From an uncultured Gemmatimonadales bacterium (GTDB lineage: Bacteria > Gemmatimonadota > Gemmatimonadetes > Longimicrobiales > RSA9), in the NCBI GenBank assembly GCA_963741945.1, contig CAVUKA010000001.1, positions 1,184,001 through 1,248,000 on the forward strand: 64,000 bases of DNA, given 5' to 3'. Below, one piece after another: positions 45,300-55,659 of this stretch. A program made the position numbers and the translations under genes. The notes beneath the pieces are model-generated. The model did no database searches. It saw only the letters and a program-made list of their open reading frames with translations, and had not been told where the DNA came from. Within the stretch, counting starts at the first letter, position 1; every line of letters starts with the position of its first letter.

Positions 45300-46715
45300 C
45301 TACACCTTCTTCAGCTCGCTCACCAGCGCTGTCAGCACCTTCTTCGCGTCGCCGAACAGCATCCGGTTGTTGTCCTTGTAGAACAGCGGGTTGTCCGTCC
45401 CCGCGAACCCCGGATTCAGGCTCCGCTTGATGACGATGGTGTTCTTCGCGAAATCCGCGTTGATGATCGGCATCCCGTACAGCGGGCTGTCCTTGTTGGT
45501 CCGCGCGTCCGGGTTCACCACGTCGTTGGCGCCCACGATCAGCACCACGTCCGTGCGCTCCAGCTCGCTGTTGATGTCGTCCGCCTCGTACAGCTGGTCG
45601 TACGGCACATTGGCCTCCGCCAGCAGCACGTTCATGTGACCGGGCATGCGCCCCGCCACCGGGTGGATCGCGAACTTCACGCTCACACCCTTCTCGGCGA
45701 GCAGGTCCGACAGCTCCCTCGCCTGGTGCTGCGCCTGCGCCACGGCCAGCCCGTAGCCCGGGACGATCACCACGCTCTCCGAGTAGGACATGAGGACGGC
45801 GGTGTCCTCGGCGTTGATCTCCTTCACGATCTTGGGCCCACCCTCGCCCGCCGCCACGGCCGCCGTCTGCGAGCCGAAAGCGCTGAACAGCACGTTCGCC
45901 AGCGACCGGTTCATCGCGCGGCACATGATGGCGCTCAGGATGATCCCGGACGCACCCACCAGCGCGCCGGCGATGATCAGCACGTTGTTGTTCAGCACGA
46001 ACCCCGTGGCGGACGCCGCGAGGCCCGAATACGAGTTGAGCAGCGCCACCACGACCGGCATGTCCGCGCCCCCGATGGGCATCACGAACATGATGCCGAA
46101 GATCAGCGACAGCGCGGCCAGTGCGACGAACCACCCGGCGCCCGCGCCCGGCACCGCCGTCAGGTAGCCACCGATGCCCAGCGTGGTCAGGAACACCAGC
46201 AGGTTGACGAAATTGCCGCCCGGGTAGGTGAGCGCCTTCTCGAAGTGACCTTCGAGCTTCGCCCACGCCAGGAAGCTCCCCGACAGGGTCACGGCGCCGA
46301 TGAGCACCGAAAGCACGATGGTCAGGGCGACGGTGATCGTCGCGTCCGCCGTCGACGGCTTCAGGAACTCCACGGCCGCGACCAGCGCCGACGCGCCACC
46401 GCCGAAGCCGTTGAAGATGGCCACCATCTGCGGCATGGCCGTCATCTTGACCCATTTGGCCAGGAACCAGCCAATGCCGGAACCGACCGCGAGGCCGACC
46501 ACGATCCACAGCCAGTCCAGCCCGCCCTGCAGCACCTGTCCATCGACCATGGTGGCGACGATGGCCAGGAGCATACCCAGGGCGCCCAGCAGGTTGCCTC
46601 GCCGCGCCGTCTTCGGGGAGCTGAGCTGCTTCAGCCCCAGGATGAACAGGACTGACGCGACCAGGTACGCAATCTTGATGAAGACCGGCAGCGGTCCTCC
46701 AATTTGTGCCTCCAC
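45300..46715 (-). CDS. pntB: NAD(P) transhydrogenase beta subunit
   Basis: MTAMPQMVA, IGGADMPVV, VPGYGLAVAQAQH, HPVAGRMPGHMNVLLAEA, GANDVVNP. Confidence 0.97.
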   Translation of the reverse strand: MEAQIGGPLPVFIKIAYLVASVLFILGLKQLSSPKTARRGNLLGALGMLLAIVATMVDGQVLQGGLDWLWIVVGLAVGSGIGWFLAKWVKMTAMPQMVAIFNGFGGGASALVAAVEFLKPSTADATITVALTIVLSVLIGAVTLSGSFLAWAKLEGHFEKALTYPGGNFVNLLVFLTTLGIGGYLTAVPGAGAGWFVALAALSLIFGIMFVMPIGGADMPVVVALLNSYSGLAASATGFVLNNNVLIIAGALVGASGIILSAIMCRAMNRSLANVLFSAFGSQTAAVAAGEGGPKIVKEINAEDTAVLMSYSESVVIVPGYGLAVAQAQHQARELSDLLAEKGVSVKFAIHPVAGRMPGHMNVLLAEANVPYDQLYEADDINSELERTDVVLIVGANDVVNPDARTNKDSPLYGMPIINADFAKNTIVIKRSLNPGFAGTDNPLFYKDNNRMLFGDAKKVLTALVSELKKV

Positions 46716-46716
46716 G

Positions 46717-47019
46717 TCAGGCCTCCCGTTCTTCCTTCTTCTTGAACATCTGGAGCATGCGATCGGTCACCACGAAGCCGCCGACCACGTTGATCGTCGC
46801 CACGATGAGCGCGATCACGCCCAGGATCGTCGAAACCGTCCCCTCCGTGAGGGCCGAAAGCACCAGGATCGCGCCCACGATGGTGATCCCCGAGATCGCG
46901 TTGGACCCGGACATCAGCGGCGTGTGGAGGATCGTCGGCACTTTCGTGATGACCTCGAAGCCCACGAAGATCGCGAGCACGAGAATGTAGATCGAAAACA
47001 GCAGATCGTAGCCTTGCAT
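46717..47019 (-). CDS. pntA: NAD(P) transhydrogenase alpha subunit part 2 (membrane)
   Basis: VPTILHTPLMSGSNAISG, NVVGGFVVTDRML. Confidence 0.95.
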   Translation of the reverse strand: MQGYDLLFSIYILVLAIFVGFEVITKVPTILHTPLMSGSNAISGITIVGAILVLSALTEGTVSTILGVIALIVATINVVGGFVVTDRMLQMFKKKEEREA

Positions 47020-47032
47020 ATCCTTCCCCTCC

Positions 47033-48181
47033 TCAGGCGCCCGCGCCAATGGCGGCGCGCGTCCGTTCGTGCACGACCGACCCGTCGTGGGTGACGCACG
47101 ACTCCCGCGTGATCTCGTCCTCGAAGTCCAGCTTGAGCGCCTTCGTCTCCTCGTCGTAGAGGTGCTTCAGCAGCTCGTGGATGTTCTTCGAGTACATCTG
47201 GCTGGAGTTCTTCGGCAGCTCGCTCGCGGCGTCGATGATGCCGACCACCTTGACGCCGTTCTCCACCACCGTCTCGCCGGCCCGCGTGAGCTCGCAGTTG
47301 CCGCCCGACTCCGCGGCCAGGTCCACGATCACCGCGCCCGGACGCATCGCTTCCACCATGTCCCGCGTGATCAGCACCGGCGCCTTCCGCCCCGGCACCT
47401 GCGCCGTGGTGATCACCACGTCGCTCTCCGCGCAGATCTTGTGGAGCAGCTCGTGCTCCTTCTTCTGCTGGTCCTCCGTCACTTCCTTGGCGTAGCCGCC
47501 CTTCGTCTCCGCCTCTTCCAGCGTGATCCCCACGAACTGCGCGCCCAGGCTCTCCACCTGCTCGGCCGCGGCCGGGCGGATGTCGAAGCCCTTCACCCGC
47601 GCCCCCAGCCGCTTCGCCGTCGCGATCGCCTGGAGCCCGGCCACACCCGCGCCGATCACCAGCACCTTCGCCGGCGGGATCGTCCCCGCCGCCGTGGTCA
47701 GCATGGGGAAGAACACGTCCACGTCCAGCGCGCCGCGAAGCGCCGCGATGTAGCCCGCGGACGTCGCCTGGCTGGAGAGCGCGTCCATGCGCTGCGCCAC
47801 CGTGATCCGGGGCACCAGCTCCATGCTGAAGCTCGTCACTCTCGCCGCCGCCAGACCGTTCACCAGCTCGGGCGAGACCAGTGGCTGGAGGAAGGCGATC
47901 AGCGCGCCTCCGGCCTTGAGCTTCGCCACCTCGTCGACCGCTCCGGCTCCCACCGTCGGCGGCGCCACCTTCACCACAACGTCGGCAGCAAAAACGGCAG
48001 CGTCATCCGCCACCGTCGCGCCCGCATCGGCATATGCTGAGTCGGCAAAACCGGCCTCGGTCCCCGCCCCCTTCTCCACCACCACGTCCATCCCCGAGCC
48101 CACCAGCTTCGCCACTGTGTCCGGGACCAGGGCGACCCGACGCTCCCCCCGGGCCACCTCCCGTGGCACTCCTACCTTCAT
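47033..48181 (-). CDS. pntA: NAD(P) transhydrogenase alpha subunit part 1 (domain I)
   Basis: ERRVALVP, MDALSSQ, MLTTAAGT, GAGVAGLQAIATA, DLAAESGGNC. Confidence 0.95.
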   Translation of the reverse strand: MKVGVPREVARGERRVALVPDTVAKLVGSGMDVVVEKGAGTEAGFADSAYADAGATVADDAAVFAADVVVKVAPPTVGAGAVDEVAKLKAGGALIAFLQPLVSPELVNGLAAARVTSFSMELVPRITVAQRMDALSSQATSAGYIAALRGALDVDVFFPMLTTAAGTIPPAKVLVIGAGVAGLQAIATAKRLGARVKGFDIRPAAAEQVESLGAQFVGITLEEAETKGGYAKEVTEDQQKKEHELLHKICAESDVVITTAQVPGRKAPVLITRDMVEAMRPGAVIVDLAAESGGNCELTRAGETVVENGVKVVGIIDAASELPKNSSQMYSKNIHELLKHLYDEETKALKLDFEDEITRESCVTHDGSVVHERTRAAIGAGA

Positions 48182-48377
48182 CGGCGTTCCTCCTTCGGCT
48201 TGGCCGTGTCCACCGCGTCTGGCGCTTCCACGCGGCCGCCCACAATCTAAGGCTCGCGACCTGCGAAGCCAGTCCGCCCGGCGTGGGGATTTCCCTTATT
48301 TTCATGTAGGAGAACGGATCGCGCCGCGACCGGCACCCCGGGACGCCCACACGGCCCGCCGGCCTGCCAATGGCGCG

Positions 48378-49892
48378 TCAGCGCCCGGCCAGGATCGTGA
48401 AGTCTCCGAGCGCGTGCACGTCGAACGCCGTTGTGTCGCCCACGATCAGGATGCTGAACCCGTTCGGATCGATGCGCTTGTGCAGGACGTCCGCGACGGC
48501 GGTGGAGTCCACGCCGCGGATCCCGTTCAGGTAGCGGGTGAGCCAGTCGGCGGGGAAGCCCTCGGCCAGGTAGGTGACCTGGCGCGCCACCACTTCGAGG
48601 GGGCTGCTGAAGCCGAACACGAAGCCGTTGATGATGGACTCGCGCGCCAGCTTGACTTCCTCGCTGTCGGGCGGGCTGGTCAGCGCCTGGTCGAGCGTGC
48701 CCACGAGCATGTGCAGGGCGTCGAGCGTGCTCTCGCTTTTCGTGTGGGTGATGGCGCCGAAGATGCGCTCGTGTTCACGCGCGGCGCCCCAGATCGAAGC
48801 GGCGCTGTAGGCCAGCCCCTCCTGCGTGCGCAACCGCGTCACGAGCCGACTGGTGAACCCGCTCCCGCCGATCACCCAGTTGGCGATACGGGACGCGAAG
48901 TACTCGGGCGACTCGCCGAGCAGCACGCCACCGGGCTGACCCACCACGATCGTGCTCTGGCTCAGCGCCTTCGGGATCACGTAGATGCCGGGCTCCTTCA
49001 GCAGCGCGGGCGGCGGCGGCGTCTGGAGCTCGCGCCCGCACGGACGCCAGCCCGCCAGCGCCTTCTCGAGCGCGGCGCGGATCTCTTCGCGGCTGACGTC
49101 CCCGGCCGCCCCGATGACGGCGCCCTCCGGGCAGACCGTTTGCCGGTGCATGTCCCGCAGGGTCGCCGGCGTCACCTTGGCCGGCGCCAGGTCCGCTTCC
49201 GTCATCATCCACCCGGTCGGGTGGACGCCGTACATGAGACGGTTGAACTCGAGCACGGCCAGCGAGCCGGGGAAATCGGCAATGCGACGCACCGACTCCA
49301 GCTCGCGGAGCCGCCACCGCTCCACGGCGGACGCATCGAAGCGGGGGTGGAGAAGGACGTCGCCCCAGAGCCCGAGCGTGAGGTCGAGCTGCCGTCGCAG
49401 CCCACTGACGCCGAACACCATCCGGGCGCCATCGGTGGACGTGTTCGTGCCCAGTGCGTTGAACTCGATGACTTCGTCCACCGAGTCCGGTGTCATGGAG
49501 CGCGTACCGCCGTTGCGCATCATCGGGAGGAGCGCGGCGGCCGCTGCGTAGTGGGCGCGGTCGAAGTAGACGTAGCCGCCCTTCAGGTCGATGAATACGT
49601 CCACCACCGGCAGCGTGTGGTCCTGCAGGAAGAAGACGGTCACGCCATTGGAAAGCTGGAACTTCACCGGCTGCGGCGCATCGAAACGCAGCCGGGGGAA
49701 CTGGAGCTTCTCCACCACTTCCAGCCCCACCGGCGGCCCCGGTCGGTTCAGCAGCGAATCTGCCTTGGCCCGCGCCAGCTGCTCGGGCGTCGGCGGTGAT
49801 GGCGGACCCACCGGCTCCGGCTTCCCGCGCAGCGCGCACCCGGACAGCGCGCCGACCAGCACCAGCGCGCCCACCTGCCACTGCGGCCTCAT
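48378..49892 (-). CDS. M16 (pitrilysin-family) peptidase, non-catalytic partner, lipoprotein
   Basis: Lipobox LSGC; LSNGV...DHTLPVV; GGSGFTSRL, GLAYS; no HxxEH. Confidence 0.85.
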   Translation of the reverse strand: MRPQWQVGALVLVGALSGCALRGKPEPVGPPSPPTPEQLARAKADSLLNRPGPPVGLEVVEKLQFPRLRFDAPQPVKFQLSNGVTVFFLQDHTLPVVDVFIDLKGGYVYFDRAHYAAAAALLPMMRNGGTRSMTPDSVDEVIEFNALGTNTSTDGARMVFGVSGLRRQLDLTLGLWGDVLLHPRFDASAVERWRLRELESVRRIADFPGSLAVLEFNRLMYGVHPTGWMMTEADLAPAKVTPATLRDMHRQTVCPEGAVIGAAGDVSREEIRAALEKALAGWRPCGRELQTPPPPALLKEPGIYVIPKALSQSTIVVGQPGGVLLGESPEYFASRIANWVIGGSGFTSRLVTRLRTQEGLAYSAASIWGAAREHERIFGAITHTKSESTLDALHMLVGTLDQALTSPPDSEEVKLARESIINGFVFGFSSPLEVVARQVTYLAEGFPADWLTRYLNGIRGVDSTAVADVLHKRIDPNGFSILIVGDTTAFDVHALGDFTILAGR

Positions 49893-51538
49893 CGCTCACC
49901 TCCCTCGCCCGCGCCCAGCGGCCCGGCATCGCCGATCCGCGTGGCAGATCGCGACCCGGGCGCCGATCCCGCGGGGCGCCGCAGCATGCCCACGGTCCGG
50001 TTCTCCGGCGTGAGGTACGCCCTGGCCACGCGCTGCACGTCCGCGGCCGTGACGCCCATGAGGCGGTCCGCGGAACGGAAGGTCTCCCGCCAGTCTCCGT
50101 AGAATGCCACCGACTCGGCCAGCTGGAACGCCAGCCCGAGGTGCGACCCGAGGCGCCGCACTTCCGAAGCCTCGCTCTGGTTCCGCACCCGCTGCATCTC
50201 CTTCTCCGTGGGCGGCTCTGCCTGCAGCTTGCCGATCTCGTCGTAGATCACCGCTTCGAGCTCGGCGGTGGTGTGTCCGGTGAGCGGCTGACTGCTCAGC
50301 GTGAACATGGTCGGGTAGCGGAATCCGGGACCCGTGGAGAAGGAGATGGATGTCGCCAGGTCGCTGTCGAGTACCAGGCGATGATACAGCCGCGACGTCT
50401 TGCCCCCCGCCAGGATCCGCCCCAGCGTGTTCAGCGCCGGCATGTCCGCGCTGTAGCCATCGGGAACGTGCCAGCCCACCATGAGCTGAGGAGCGGCGTC
50501 GAACAGCACTTCCACACGGCGCTCCCCACGCTGCGGCGGCTCGTTCGCCAGCACGGGCGCCGGCACGTCGCCCGGCGGGATCGGGTCGAAGTACTTGTGC
50601 GCCCACGTCAGGACCTGCTTCGGGTCCACGTCCCCCACGATGGCGACCACGGCGTTGTTCGGGCCGTAGAAGCGATGATGGTACGCCCGCACCTGAGCCC
50701 GCGTGTAGCTCTGGATGTCGGACATGTGGCCGATGACGGGAACGCCGTACGGATGAACCCGGTACGCGGCCGCGTAGAACTCCTCCGTCACGCGCCCTTC
50801 CGGGCTCGTCTCCAGCCTCTGCCGCCGCTCCTCCGCCACCACATCGCGCTCGGCGTAGAACTCCCGGAACACCGGGTTCGCCATCCGGTCCGCCTCCATC
50901 ACGAACCAGAGCTCGGCCTTGTTCGACGGCAGGCTCACGAAGTACGTGGTCCCGTCATACGTCGTCACGGCGTTCAGGTCACGCCCGCCCTCCTCCGTGT
51001 AGAGCCGGTCGTATTCGTTCGCCACCACGAACGTCTGGGCACTGTCCTCCAGCATCTTCAGGCGACGCCGGAGACGCACTTCCGACCCTTCGTCCACCCG
51101 ACCCGCCCGCACCAGCAGCAGCGTGTCCTGGACCGAGTCCATGCGCGGGAACAGCGCGAGCTCGCCCGCCAGAGACGTCGACCCGATCGTCGTGGTCCCC
51201 TTGAACAGCAGGTGCTCCAGGAAATGGGCGATCCCCGTCTCACCCAGCACCTCGTTCACAGACCCCACGTCGTAGCGCACCACGAACGAGACCGTGGGCG
51301 CTCCCGGCTGCCGCAGCACCAGCAGACGCATTCCGTTCGCCAGCGTGTCCTCCACCACCGGCAGTCGCAGGCCGGGCGACTCCCTTTCACCCGCCCGGGC
51401 GTCCCCCGCCGCCGTGTCCGCTGTCGCCGTGTCCGCCCGCGGCTCCTGCGCCCGCGCGCTGCCGACGCCGGCCAGTATCACCGCGGCCGCCACTGCGCCC
51501 GCGTGCAGTCCGCCCCGCCATCCTCGCTCCCGCTTCAT
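49889..51538 (-). CDS. M16 peptidase, catalytic subunit
   Basis: TGIAHFLEH (HxxEH), NAVT, ERDVVAEERR, HPYG, YGPNNA. Start uncertain. Confidence 0.9.
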   Translation of the reverse strand: MKRERGWRGGLHAGAVAAAVILAGVGSARAQEPRADTATADTAAGDARAGERESPGLRLPVVEDTLANGMRLLVLRQPGAPTVSFVVRYDVGSVNEVLGETGIAHFLEHLLFKGTTTIGSTSLAGELALFPRMDSVQDTLLLVRAGRVDEGSEVRLRRRLKMLEDSAQTFVVANEYDRLYTEEGGRDLNAVTTYDGTTYFVSLPSNKAELWFVMEADRMANPVFREFYAERDVVAEERRQRLETSPEGRVTEEFYAAAYRVHPYGVPVIGHMSDIQSYTRAQVRAYHHRFYGPNNAVVAIVGDVDPKQVLTWAHKYFDPIPPGDVPAPVLANEPPQRGERRVEVLFDAAPQLMVGWHVPDGYSADMPALNTLGRILAGGKTSRLYHRLVLDSDLATSISFSTGPGFRYPTMFTLSSQPLTGHTTAELEAVIYDEIGKLQAEPPTEKEMQRVRNQSEASEVRRLGSHLGLAFQLAESVAFYGDWRETFRSADRLMGVTAADVQRVARAYLTPENRTVGMLRRPAGSAPGSRSATRIGDAGPLGAGEGGER

Positions 51539-51735
51539 CCGCTCATTCCCTTCCGGCCAATGCTGCTCCACCGGCCCCGGTCCGCGCGGTGCGACCGCCG
51601 GCCGCGTCGCCCACCTAGAAACGCGCGAGCCTTCGCTGCCGTGACCCCCACCGCTGGAAATCGGAACAGGACACGCCCGATCGGGGCGCGGTCCCCGGGG
51701 AGCCCCCGGGATGTGAAGAAAAAATCACGGCGGTG

Positions 51736-52122
51736 CTAGACCACGGCGACCGCTTCGATCTCCACCAGGATCTGCGGATCGATGAAGCCGTTCACTTCCA
51801 CGAGCGTCGTGGCCGGCCTGGCGTGCCCCAGGACCTCCCCGTGCGCCCGCCCCACGGCTTCCCAGTCCGCGGCGTTGCGGACGTACAGGCGGGTGCGCAC
51901 CACGTGCTCCGGCCGGGCCCCCGCCTCGCCCAGTGCAGCCACGATGATGTCCAGGCAGCGCCTGGCCTGGGCGTAGACATCGCCCGGGAAGGCGATGCGG
52001 CCGTCCTCGTCCACGGGCGCCGTTCCCGAGATGTAGATGGTGTCACCCACCCGGATCGCCCGGGAGTAGCCGACCTTTTCCGCCCAGGGAGCCCCCGTGG
52101 GCACTCGCCGTCGCTCGGTCAT
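51736..52122 (-). CDS. RidA/YjgF family protein
   Basis: VGYSRAIRVG, ISGT, VVRTR, RPATTLVEV, LVEIEAVA. Confidence 0.92.
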   Translation of the reverse strand: MTERRRVPTGAPWAEKVGYSRAIRVGDTIYISGTAPVDEDGRIAFPGDVYAQARRCLDIIVAALGEAGARPEHVVRTRLYVRNAADWEAVGRAHGEVLGHARPATTLVEVNGFIDPQILVEIEAVAVV

Positions 52123-52184
52123 GGATTCGAAGATGACGCCGCGCCGCCGGCCTGACCAGTCCGACCGATCCGCGCCGTCCCGCT

Positions 52185-52616
52185 TCAGGAGCGTCCGTTC
52201 GACGACTGCGGCTCGAGACGCCTCACCCGCCGCCGCCGGATCGTGGGGTCCAGCACCAGCCGATCCTCCGCCGCCGTCACCCCGGCCACACCCCGCGCCA
52301 GCTCCAGCACTCTCGCCCGCTCCTCGTCCGAAGCCACCGAACCCGTGATCACCACGCGCCCGTCTACCGGCTCCTCCACGTCCAGCCGACGCCGCCCCAG
52401 GATCGCGTCGTCCCAGAGCCGGTCCAGCACCCGGTCCGCCAATGGTGAGGGCCTGCGGCCGCGGAAGGTGTCGGCCACCAGACGCCGCCCGCGTCGTGAA
52501 GCCAGGAACCCGCTCACCAGCGCCCCGGCGGCCACCGCCACCCCGATCCCCACGCGGAGCCCCAGCCCCATCCCTTCGAACCCTTCCTGTTCCTCCTGCG
52601 CCCTGTTCTTGCCCAT
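52185..52616 (-). CDS. BON domain protein with N-terminal TM
   Basis: TM helix then DGRVVITGSV...ARGVAGVTAAEDRL. Confidence 0.75.
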   Translation of the reverse strand: MGKNRAQEEQEGFEGMGLGLRVGIGVAVAAGALVSGFLASRRGRRLVADTFRGRRPSPLADRVLDRLWDDAILGRRRLDVEEPVDGRVVITGSVASDEERARVLELARGVAGVTAAEDRLVLDPTIRRRRVRRLEPQSSNGRS

Positions 52617-52769
52617 TCCGTCCTTCCCTCCGGTTCATCCCTCATCGCGGGCGTGCGTCCGGGCCCCGCGCCCCCTGAACTATCCGCTCCTGCAGGCGGC
52701 GCGCCACCCCCGGCACCCGGGTTGTAGCCAGCGCCCGCCCGCGCTATCTTCCCCCCTCGCAGGGAACAT

Positions 52770-52843
52770 CGGGCAGTGGCGCAGTCCGGTAGCGCACCTG
52801 AATGGGGTTCAGGGGGTCGCCGGTTCGAATCCGGCCTGCCCGA
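52770..52843 (+). tRNA. tRNA-Pro (GGG)
   Basis: CGGGCAG/CTGCCCG acceptor; CCTGA-AT GGG GT-TCAGG. Confidence 0.95.
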
Positions 52844-52856
52844 CTCGGCTGAAGCG

Positions 52857-52889
52857 AACGTCCGCAAGACTTCCGGTCTTGCGGACGTT
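52857..52889 (+). terminator. Hairpin after tRNA-Pro
   Basis: 14-bp perfect stem AACGTCCGCAAGAC / GTCTTGCGGACGTT; weak U tract. Confidence 0.6.
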
Positions 52890-53062
52890 GCTGTGTCCGC
52901 ACCCGGGGCGAGCACGCCTGGCGCGTCCCGGCCGGATCGGCGAGCGGGTCACCGGGGACATGGGCGGCACCACTGGGCCTGTGCCCGAAAATTGCAACCC
53001 CGGGAGCGCCGAACGGCGAGGCAGCGAAACCGTTGCAGGATCCACGGAGCGGAGCAGAGCAC

Positions 53063-54541
53063 ATGGAGGAGGCACCCCGGGATCGGTGTCCGATGGGCAT
53101 TTCGGGACTCGACGAAGTCCTGCATGGCGGTCTGATCCGGCAGCGCGCGTACCTCGTCCGGGGCGGTCCCGGGACGGGGAAGACCACGCTGGGGCTTCAC
53201 TTCCTCCAGACGGGGGTGGCGCAGGGAGAGACGGTCCTGCTGATCACGCTCGAGTCCTCCGAGGCGCAGCTCCACGCGGATGCGGAAGCGCAGGGGCTGG
53301 ACGTGTCGGGCATAACGTTCCTGGACCTCAGTCCCGGTCGTGAATTCTTCGCGGAGAACCAGAGCTACGACCTCTTCTCTCCGGCGGACGTGGAGCGGGA
53401 CCCGACCACGCGGCGGATCATCGAGACCATCGAGCGGGAGCGGCCGGCGCGGGTGTTCGTCGACGCCATCACGGCCATGGGCTACCTCGCCCCGGACGCG
53501 TTCCAGTTCCGCAAGCAGGTGCTTTCCTTTCTCCGCTACCTGGTGGAGCACGGGGCGACGGTCCTCATGAGCTCGGAGCCCACCGGCAGCGTCCCCGACG
53601 ACGACCTCCGGTTCATGGCCGACGGGATCATCGAGGTCGAGGTCTCGCCGGATCACGGCACCCTGCGGCGCTCGCTGGGCGTGACGAAGCTCCGGGGATC
53701 GGACTTCGCCGGCGGGCGGCATGCCTTGCGGCTGACGGATCACGGCGTCGTCGTCTTCCCGCGGCTGGTTCCGGGGCGGTACGAGCGGGCGTTCGACCCG
53801 GAGATCGTGCCATCGGGGATCGCGGAGCTGGACGCGATGATGGGCGGCGGGATCGAGCGGGGAACCATCACGATCGTGAGCGGTCCGAGCGGTGTGGGGA
53901 AGACCACGCTGGGGACGCAGTTCCTGGCCGAAGCCGCCACGCGCGGCGAGCGGTCGACGCTCTACACGTTCGAGGAGCAGGAGGAGACGCTCCTGCACCG
54001 CTGCAGCGCCATCGGGATGCCCGTGCGTGACATGGTCGACGCGGGGATGTTGTCGGTGGTGAGCGTGGAGCCGCTGCGCTTCTCTCCCGCCGAGTTCGCC
54101 CTGCTCGTCCGGGAGGAGGTCGAGGAGCGCGGCGCCAGGCTGATCATGATCGACGGGATCTCGGGTTACCGCCTCACGCTTGCCGGCGACGACCTGCTGA
54201 CCCATCTCCACGCCCTCGGCCGCTACCTGAAGAACATGGGCGCGACGGTGCTCCTCATCAACGAGGTTGAGGGGATCACGGGCGAGTTCCACGCCACCGA
54301 CATCGGGGCCAGCTATCTGAGTGACAACCTGATCTTCCTCCGCTACCTGGAGATCGAGGGTGAGCTGCGCAAGGCGATCGGGGTGCTGAAGAAACGGCTG
54401 GGTGATTTCGGCAAGACGCTGCGTGAGATGACCATCACCGATTGCGGGATCGTGGTGGGCGAGCCGCTCACCGGCCTGCGGGGAATCCTCACGGGCACGC
54501 CGGAATGGTCGCATCCCCACCGCTCACCGGGTGAGGCGTGA
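53063..54541 (+). CDS. KaiC-like double-domain RecA-superfamily ATPase
   Basis: Two Walker A motifs (GGPGTGKT, GPSGVGKT), LES and FEE catalytic Glu, KLRG and KKR arginine-finger segments. Confidence 0.9.
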   Translation: MEEAPRDRCPMGISGLDEVLHGGLIRQRAYLVRGGPGTGKTTLGLHFLQTGVAQGETVLLITLESSEAQLHADAEAQGLDVSGITFLDLSPGREFFAENQSYDLFSPADVERDPTTRRIIETIERERPARVFVDAITAMGYLAPDAFQFRKQVLSFLRYLVEHGATVLMSSEPTGSVPDDDLRFMADGIIEVEVSPDHGTLRRSLGVTKLRGSDFAGGRHALRLTDHGVVVFPRLVPGRYERAFDPEIVPSGIAELDAMMGGGIERGTITIVSGPSGVGKTTLGTQFLAEAATRGERSTLYTFEEQEETLLHRCSAIGMPVRDMVDAGMLSVVSVEPLRFSPAEFALLVREEVEERGARLIMIDGISGYRLTLAGDDLLTHLHALGRYLKNMGATVLLINEVEGITGEFHATDIGASYLSDNLIFLRYLEIEGELRKAIGVLKKRLGDFGKTLREMTITDCGIVVGEPLTGLRGILTGTPEWSHPHRSPGEA

Positions 54542-55617
54542 GTCGAATCCTGCTCCACATGCTCCAGAAGCGGAATCAGCGGCTGCTGGAGGAAGAGCTG
54601 GCCGGGGACCACGAGGTGGCGATCGCGGCCGGCCCGGACGACATCGAGGAGGCGTTCGACCTGCTCGTCGTGGACGGCCGCGCCCTGGACCGGTCATGGG
54701 ACCGGATCCGGGACCGCAAGGACCGCGAGCAGCCGCTGTTCCTGCCCGTGCTTCTGGTCACGTCGCGACCGGACGTGAAGATGACCACCCGCCACCTGTG
54801 GCGGAGCGTGGACGAGCTCATCCTCACCCCCATCGAGAGGCCCGAGCTGCGTGCCCGCCTCCACATCCTCCTTCGCGCCCGGAGCCTCTCGCTGAAGCTG
54901 CAGGAGCGGGCGGCCGCCGCCGAGCAGGCCGCGCGCACCCGCGACGAGGTCATGGCCATGGTCTCCCACGACCTTGGAAACCCGCTCAACCTCGTGCTGT
55001 CGAACGCTTCACTCCTCCTGGAGATCGGTCCGGACCTGGAGCCGGGCCAGCTCAAGCAGGTCGAGGGCATTCATCGGGCAGCACGGCGGATGAGCCGCCT
55101 GACACAGGACCTGCTGGACGTCTCGGGCCTCGAGTCCGGCCACCTGCAGGTCCGCCGCCGTCCGATCTCTCCCGTGACGCTGATCCGGAACGCGCAGGCG
55201 CAGCACGAGCAGGCTGCCGAGGCGCAGTCCATCGCCCTGCTGTGCGAGGCCCCGGACGGGCTGCCCGACGTGAACGCGGATCCGGACCGGATGGACCAGC
55301 TGTTCGGCAACCTGATCGGCAACGCCCTGAAGTTCTCGCCCGCTCACACCGAGATCGCCATCGCGGCGGCCGCGGCCGGCCACCGCATCAGATTCTCCGT
55401 CACCGACACCGGACCCGGGATCGCCGCTTCGGACCGGCCCCACGTTTTCGATCGGTTCTGGCGCGCCGACGGCTCGGATCGAGCCGGGGCAGGACTCGGG
55501 CTGGCCATCGCGAAAGGGATCGTCGACGCCCACGGCGGCGACATCGGGGTGGAGAGCGCTCCGGGCGGGGGCGCCTGCTTCTGGTTCGAGCTCCCGATCG
55601 AGCCGATGAACGGGTGA
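54538..55617 (+). CDS. Sensor histidine kinase with N-terminal degenerate receiver-like domain
   Basis: SHDLGNPL (H-box), NLIGNALKF, DTGPGI, FDRFW, GLGLAI; GTGA coupling to the KaiC-like gene. Confidence 0.88.
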   Translation: MSRILLHMLQKRNQRLLEEELAGDHEVAIAAGPDDIEEAFDLLVVDGRALDRSWDRIRDRKDREQPLFLPVLLVTSRPDVKMTTRHLWRSVDELILTPIERPELRARLHILLRARSLSLKLQERAAAAEQAARTRDEVMAMVSHDLGNPLNLVLSNASLLLEIGPDLEPGQLKQVEGIHRAARRMSRLTQDLLDVSGLESGHLQVRRRPISPVTLIRNAQAQHEQAAEAQSIALLCEAPDGLPDVNADPDRMDQLFGNLIGNALKFSPAHTEIAIAAAAAGHRIRFSVTDTGPGIAASDRPHVFDRFWRADGSDRAGAGLGLAIAKGIVDAHGGDIGVESAPGGGACFWFELPIEPMNG

Positions 55618-55659
55618 CGGAGCTTCCGCACACCTTCCCGCGCCCCGGGCGCCGCCGCC

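Noticed and set aside
51712-51729. CRP/Rex-like site TGTGA-N8-TCACG upstream of the M16 pair
   Set aside because: Spacer is 8 rather than 6 nt and there is a single imperfect copy
52770-55617. Circadian clock locus or island at tRNA-Pro
   Set aside because: No kaiA/kaiB in the window, the ST phosphosite pair is not intact, and no integrase or att repeat is seen
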